Assembly (NCBI GenBank): GCA_910578605.1
Contig: CAJTQG010000007.1
Span: forward strand, 1,577 to 65,576
DNA: 64,000 bases
Origin: an uncultured Lachnospiraceae bacterium
GTDB taxonomy: Bacteria > Bacillota > Clostridia > Lachnospirales > Lachnospiraceae
Direction of reading: 5' to 3'
Each line of letters starts with the position of its first letter. Position 1 is the stretch's first letter. Positions 60,777-64,000 of this stretch are shown one piece after another. Under the pieces are notes generated by a model. It was not told the DNA's origin, did not search any database, and worked only from the letters and a program-made list of their open reading frames with translations. A program made the translations under genes and the position numbers.

Positions 60777-61880
60777 CTACAACTTTGCTTTGACACACTC
60801 CAAGGCAGCCTCAATCACCTTGTCCATATCGTAATATTGATATTTTCCAAGCCTGCCGCCAAATATAACATTTTTTTCCTTCTGGGCTAACTCTGCATAT
60901 TTTTCATATAATTTATTGTTTTCACTGTTATTGATAGGATAATAGGGTTCCATGCCCGACTCCCACTCCACTGGATACTCCTTGGAAATAATAGTAAAAT
61001 CCTGGTCGCCAAATTCAAAATGCTTATGCTCTATAATTCTTGTGTAGGGCACTTCCTGTTCTGTATAATTGACAACCGCATTTCCCTGATAATTGTCTGT
61101 ATCGCTCAGTCTCTCTTCCTCAAAGCTTACAGTTCGATATTGCAGCCTGCCCAGGCAATAATCAAAATACTCGTCTATCATGCCTGTATAGACAATTTTC
61201 ATATTGGATACATCATGATTTTTCCTATATTCAAAAAAATCTGTCTCAAGCAGCACATCTGCATCCTTCAGCAGTTTCTCAATAATAGGGGTATAGCCCC
61301 CAATAGGGATTCCCTGATACCTGTCATTAAAATAATTATTGTCATAGGTAAAACGAAGAGGCAGCCTTTTAATGATAAAGGCTGGAAGCTCTCTGCATTC
61401 CCTGCCCCACTGCTTCTGTGTGTATCCCTTCACCAGTTTTTCATAGACATCTGTTCCCACCAAGGACAATGCCTGCTCCTCCAGATTTTTCGGCTGGACA
61501 ATGCCAAGCTCTCTAATCTGCCTGTCTATTATAGTCCTAGCTTCCTTTGGGGTGCGTATTCCCCACATCTTGCTGAAAGTGTTCATATTAAAAGGCATAT
61601 TGTACAGCTCATCTTTATATACTGCTATAGGAGAATTTATATAGTGATTAAACTCTGCAAATTGATTTACATAGTCCCATATTTTTTTATCACTTGTGTG
61701 AAAGATATGGGCTCCATATTTATGCACGCGAATGCCATCCACATCTTCTGTATAAATATTCCCCCCTACATGATTTCTTTTATCTATTACCAAACATTTT
61801 TTTTCGGCCTTTGCCGCTTCATGTGCAAAAACTGCCCCGAATAAACCGCTGCCCACAATTAAAATGTCATATTGTTCCAT
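60777..61880 (-). CDS. glf: UDP-galactopyranose mutase
   Basis: FAD motif YDILIVGSGLFGAV and Glf-like sequence throughout. RBS AAAGGGG lies before the ATG at 61880. Confidence 0.9.
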   Translation of the reverse strand: MEQYDILIVGSGLFGAVFAHEAAKAEKKCLVIDKRNHVGGNIYTEDVDGIRVHKYGAHIFHTSDKKIWDYVNQFAEFNHYINSPIAVYKDELYNMPFNMNTFSKMWGIRTPKEARTIIDRQIRELGIVQPKNLEEQALSLVGTDVYEKLVKGYTQKQWGRECRELPAFIIKRLPLRFTYDNNYFNDRYQGIPIGGYTPIIEKLLKDADVLLETDFFEYRKNHDVSNMKIVYTGMIDEYFDYCLGRLQYRTVSFEEERLSDTDNYQGNAVVNYTEQEVPYTRIIEHKHFEFGDQDFTIISKEYPVEWESGMEPYYPINNSENNKLYEKYAELAQKEKNVIFGGRLGKYQYYDMDKVIEAALECVKAKL

Positions 61881-62183
61881 TTTATTGCCCCTTTCTTTCA
61901 AAATTTGTTTCTATACATTTGCTTTGCATAAGCTTTTTATTAGCATTTCCAAAAAATGGGCTTCAAAACCCAATCTTTTTTATTGTAACATAGATTTCCT
62001 TATATTTCCACCATAGAAATTTATGCAACCCCCTTCCCCATACAGATAATATTAAGAAATCCATTGCTTGTCTAACAAATATTCCTATGATATAATACGA
62101 CAATAATAGTACAATCTTTCCTATTGAACGTACTTATTCTTTCAATGCTTACATGAACTATAAAAACTTAGTGAGGGCTTGTT

Positions 62184-63254
62184 ATGTCAGAAAAAAATCG
62201 TATCTATATATGGGATAATTTAAAATTTGTATTGATTTTGCTAGTTGTAATCGGTCATTTTGCAGATTGTAATATCTTATCCCCTTCTTTTAAAAGTACC
62301 TATCTTTTCATATATGCATTTCATATGCCTATCTTTATTTTTATATCAGGCTTAATGCATAAAAACGACAATATATGCAACAAAGTTTATATGTATTTAT
62401 GTTTATATTTTTTATTGAAGGTCAACCATTTTTTAGTATTGACCATTTTAGGAAAAAACCCAACATTTCAGCTTCTCTCTGAGGGAGGCACTCCTTGGTT
62501 TTTGTTTGCTCTTGCTTTTTTTGTGTTATTGTCCTACTTGCTGCGGAATGTGAACACAAAATATGTCTTAGTGTTATCCATTATTGCCGCCTGCTTTGTA
62601 GGTTATGACAACTCCATTCAGGATTTTCTCGTTTTATCCCGAGTGTTTGTCTTTTATCCTTTTTATGTGATGGGAAATCTTATACAAGAAAAAGCAGCCA
62701 CGGATATAAATGTAAACAAGCTCTGGAAATTTCCTGCTGTGCTTATTTTACTTGGTTGGGCATGGCTGTGTTTTCAAAAGCTGGATACCATGTATATGTA
62801 TCGAGGGTTTTTTACAGGACGCAACCCCTTTCCTCCAAAAGAAGCATTCCAGGGATGGAGCTTACTTTCCCAGAAGTTGTCTATCATGCCGGATTTTCTT
62901 TTAAATATTCTCCAAGAATTATATTGTGCCGGCTTTATTCACAGATTGGTATGTTATATCATATCTATTTTAACTGCCTCTGCAATCATTATTCTAATAC
63001 CGCGCATTAAACTGCCAGTTATTACCGAGTTAGGCAAAAGAACAATTCAAGTATATTTTTGGCACTATTCACTTATATATGTGATACAAAATACTTTTAA
63101 TATCGAACTGTGGTGTTCCACCGCAAAGGGCAAAATCATTTATATGTTAACTGCTGTATTTTTAACTATACTGCTGTCCTTAAAACCATTTGGAGTCCCC
63201 TTAGCTCCTGTGATGAATATAAGGAAACAGCACTGTTATGATTCTGAAAAATAA
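62184..63254 (+). CDS. acyltransferase family 3 membrane protein
   Basis: N-terminus …WDNLKFVLILLVVIGHF… and polytopic membrane topology. Confidence 0.65.
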   Translation: MSEKNRIYIWDNLKFVLILLVVIGHFADCNILSPSFKSTYLFIYAFHMPIFIFISGLMHKNDNICNKVYMYLCLYFLLKVNHFLVLTILGKNPTFQLLSEGGTPWFLFALAFFVLLSYLLRNVNTKYVLVLSIIAACFVGYDNSIQDFLVLSRVFVFYPFYVMGNLIQEKAATDINVNKLWKFPAVLILLGWAWLCFQKLDTMYMYRGFFTGRNPFPPKEAFQGWSLLSQKLSIMPDFLLNILQELYCAGFIHRLVCYIISILTASAIIILIPRIKLPVITELGKRTIQVYFWHYSLIYVIQNTFNIELWCSTAKGKIIYMLTAVFLTILLSLKPFGVPLAPVMNIRKQHCYDSEK

Positions 63255-63267
63255 AAAATGAGAATAC

Positions 63268-63306
63268 ATGCAAAAAACCGCCGCCACTGTATATACAGCG
63301 ACGGCG
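63268..63306. terminator. bidirectional intrinsic terminator between convergent genes
   Basis: AAAAACCGCCGCCACTGTATATACAGCGACGGCGGTTTTCT. Confidence 0.6.
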
Positions 63307-63319
63307 GTTTTCTATGATT

Positions 63320-64000
63320 TTATTTCTTCTCTGTGCTTTCTTTGTCTTGCTTTGAATCATCCTTCTTGTCTGCCTTAGTGGTAGATGTTTCTTTATCCTT
63401 ATCTTCCTGCGCTTTTGTGTCCTTGTTGTCCCCTGAAGCGCTCTCTGAGACGCTCTGTGTCTCATCCTCCACTATTTTTATATTTTTTGCCACAAACTCT
63501 CGAACCTTTGATGCCAAAATCATCTCTCTGAAGCTCATATTATAGTATTCCTTGTACATGGATTCAATCTCATCCTGTGACCTGGAATAATAACTAGAGT
63601 AATATTCCATCTGCTCATTGTACTCAGAATCTTCCACCTTAATATTTTCCTTCTCCGCTACTTCCTTTACAAAATGAGGCTCTTTAAATGAAAATTCCGC
63701 TTGTTTTTTCAAGTAATCCTCATACTCACCCTCTTTTATTCCATAATAATACTGGGCATATTGTTCTACATTTACACTCATGCTCTCTGCTTGTGCTTCG
63801 TCGTTAGAACGAAGGGAATCCATTTTACTTTCCAAATCCTTATCGGATATCGTCATCTCACTGCCATTTACCGTGTCCGTCCAAATAGCGTTGATAATCT
63901 GAGAAAGCTCTAATCTCTCCTTGGCAAACACTTTGAACTCCTCAACAGTGCTCACATCATTTTCCCCATAATTCTTCTTTACAAACTCATCATTCAGCTC
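63320..64000 (-). CDS. hypothetical protein (partial; N-terminus beyond window end) with K/D/E-rich C-terminal tail
   Basis: The frame is open to position 64000. The C-terminal tail is …KDTKAQEDKDKETSTTKADKKDDSKQDKESTEKK; possibly a foldase-like secreted protein. Confidence 0.3.
   Translation of the reverse strand, partial: ELNDEFVKKNYGENDVSTVEEFKVFAKERLELSQIINAIWTDTVNGSEMTISDKDLESKMDSLRSNDEAQAESMSVNVEQYAQYYYGIKEGEYEDYLKKQAEFSFKEPHFVKEVAEKENIKVEDSEYNEQMEYYSSYYSRSQDEIESMYKEYYNMSFREMILASKVREFVAKNIKIVEDETQSVSESASGDNKDTKAQEDKDKETSTTKADKKDDSKQDKESTEKK

Noticed and set aside
1-64000. CRISPR arrays
   Set aside because: No regularly spaced 25-40 bp direct repeats with unique spacers were observed; the only multi-copy elements are the riboswitch-like and MITE-like repeats described above.

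Overview
This 64 kb window is from a low-GC, spore-forming Firmicute (Clostridia-like). The central ~24 kb is core chromosome with synteny typical of Clostridia:
- trpD, mgtE, ftsH, tilS
- sporulation genes spoIIE, divIC, yabQ, yabP, S4 (yabO-like) and hup (HU)
- a lone MCP and spoVT

This runs into a 10-gene chemotaxis-like operon on the minus strand (Hpt, MCP, CheW, CheA, CheY, CheB, CheR, and a PAS histidine kinase flanked by two receiver-HD-GYP phosphodiesterases). The operon has no flagellar genes, so it looks like a chemosensory pathway that outputs c-di-GMP hydrolysis.

Three copies of a ~120 nt minus-strand element carry the hallmarks of the c-di-GMP-I (GEMM) riboswitch (GGCAAACC, a GAAA-capped hairpin, GGGACGCAAAGC), each followed by an intrinsic terminator. 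Two sit in tandem in the leader of a large RHS/YD-repeat polymorphic toxin gene at the left edge, which has thrombospondin-type-3-like Ca-binding repeats and runs off the window. The third precedes a secreted protein gene with a possible lysozyme-like domain. This c-di-GMP circuit is the most coherent candidate for an undescribed system.

Other accessory content:
- an rtcB RNA ligase gene next to two degenerate tRNA-like fragments, divergent from a tandem pair of WYL-domain regulators
- MITE/IS-TIR-like repeats
- a GntR-regulated ABC-2 transporter
- a mosaic of degraded integrative elements (two tyrosine-integrase C-terminal fragments, arm-like repeats) carrying a NUDIX-fusion gene, GNAT genes, a TetR-regulated FtsX-type ABC exporter, an APH(2'')-like aminoglycoside phosphotransferase, a nitroreductase and a tandemly duplicated small-membrane-protein module
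- two tandem Trk/Ktr K+ uptake systems, a PaaI thioesterase, and a glycopolymer cluster (GT2-TagF fusion, two acyltransferase-3 genes, glf)

No CRISPR array or rRNA was seen. All calls come from reading the sequence and the ORF translations; no database searches were run.
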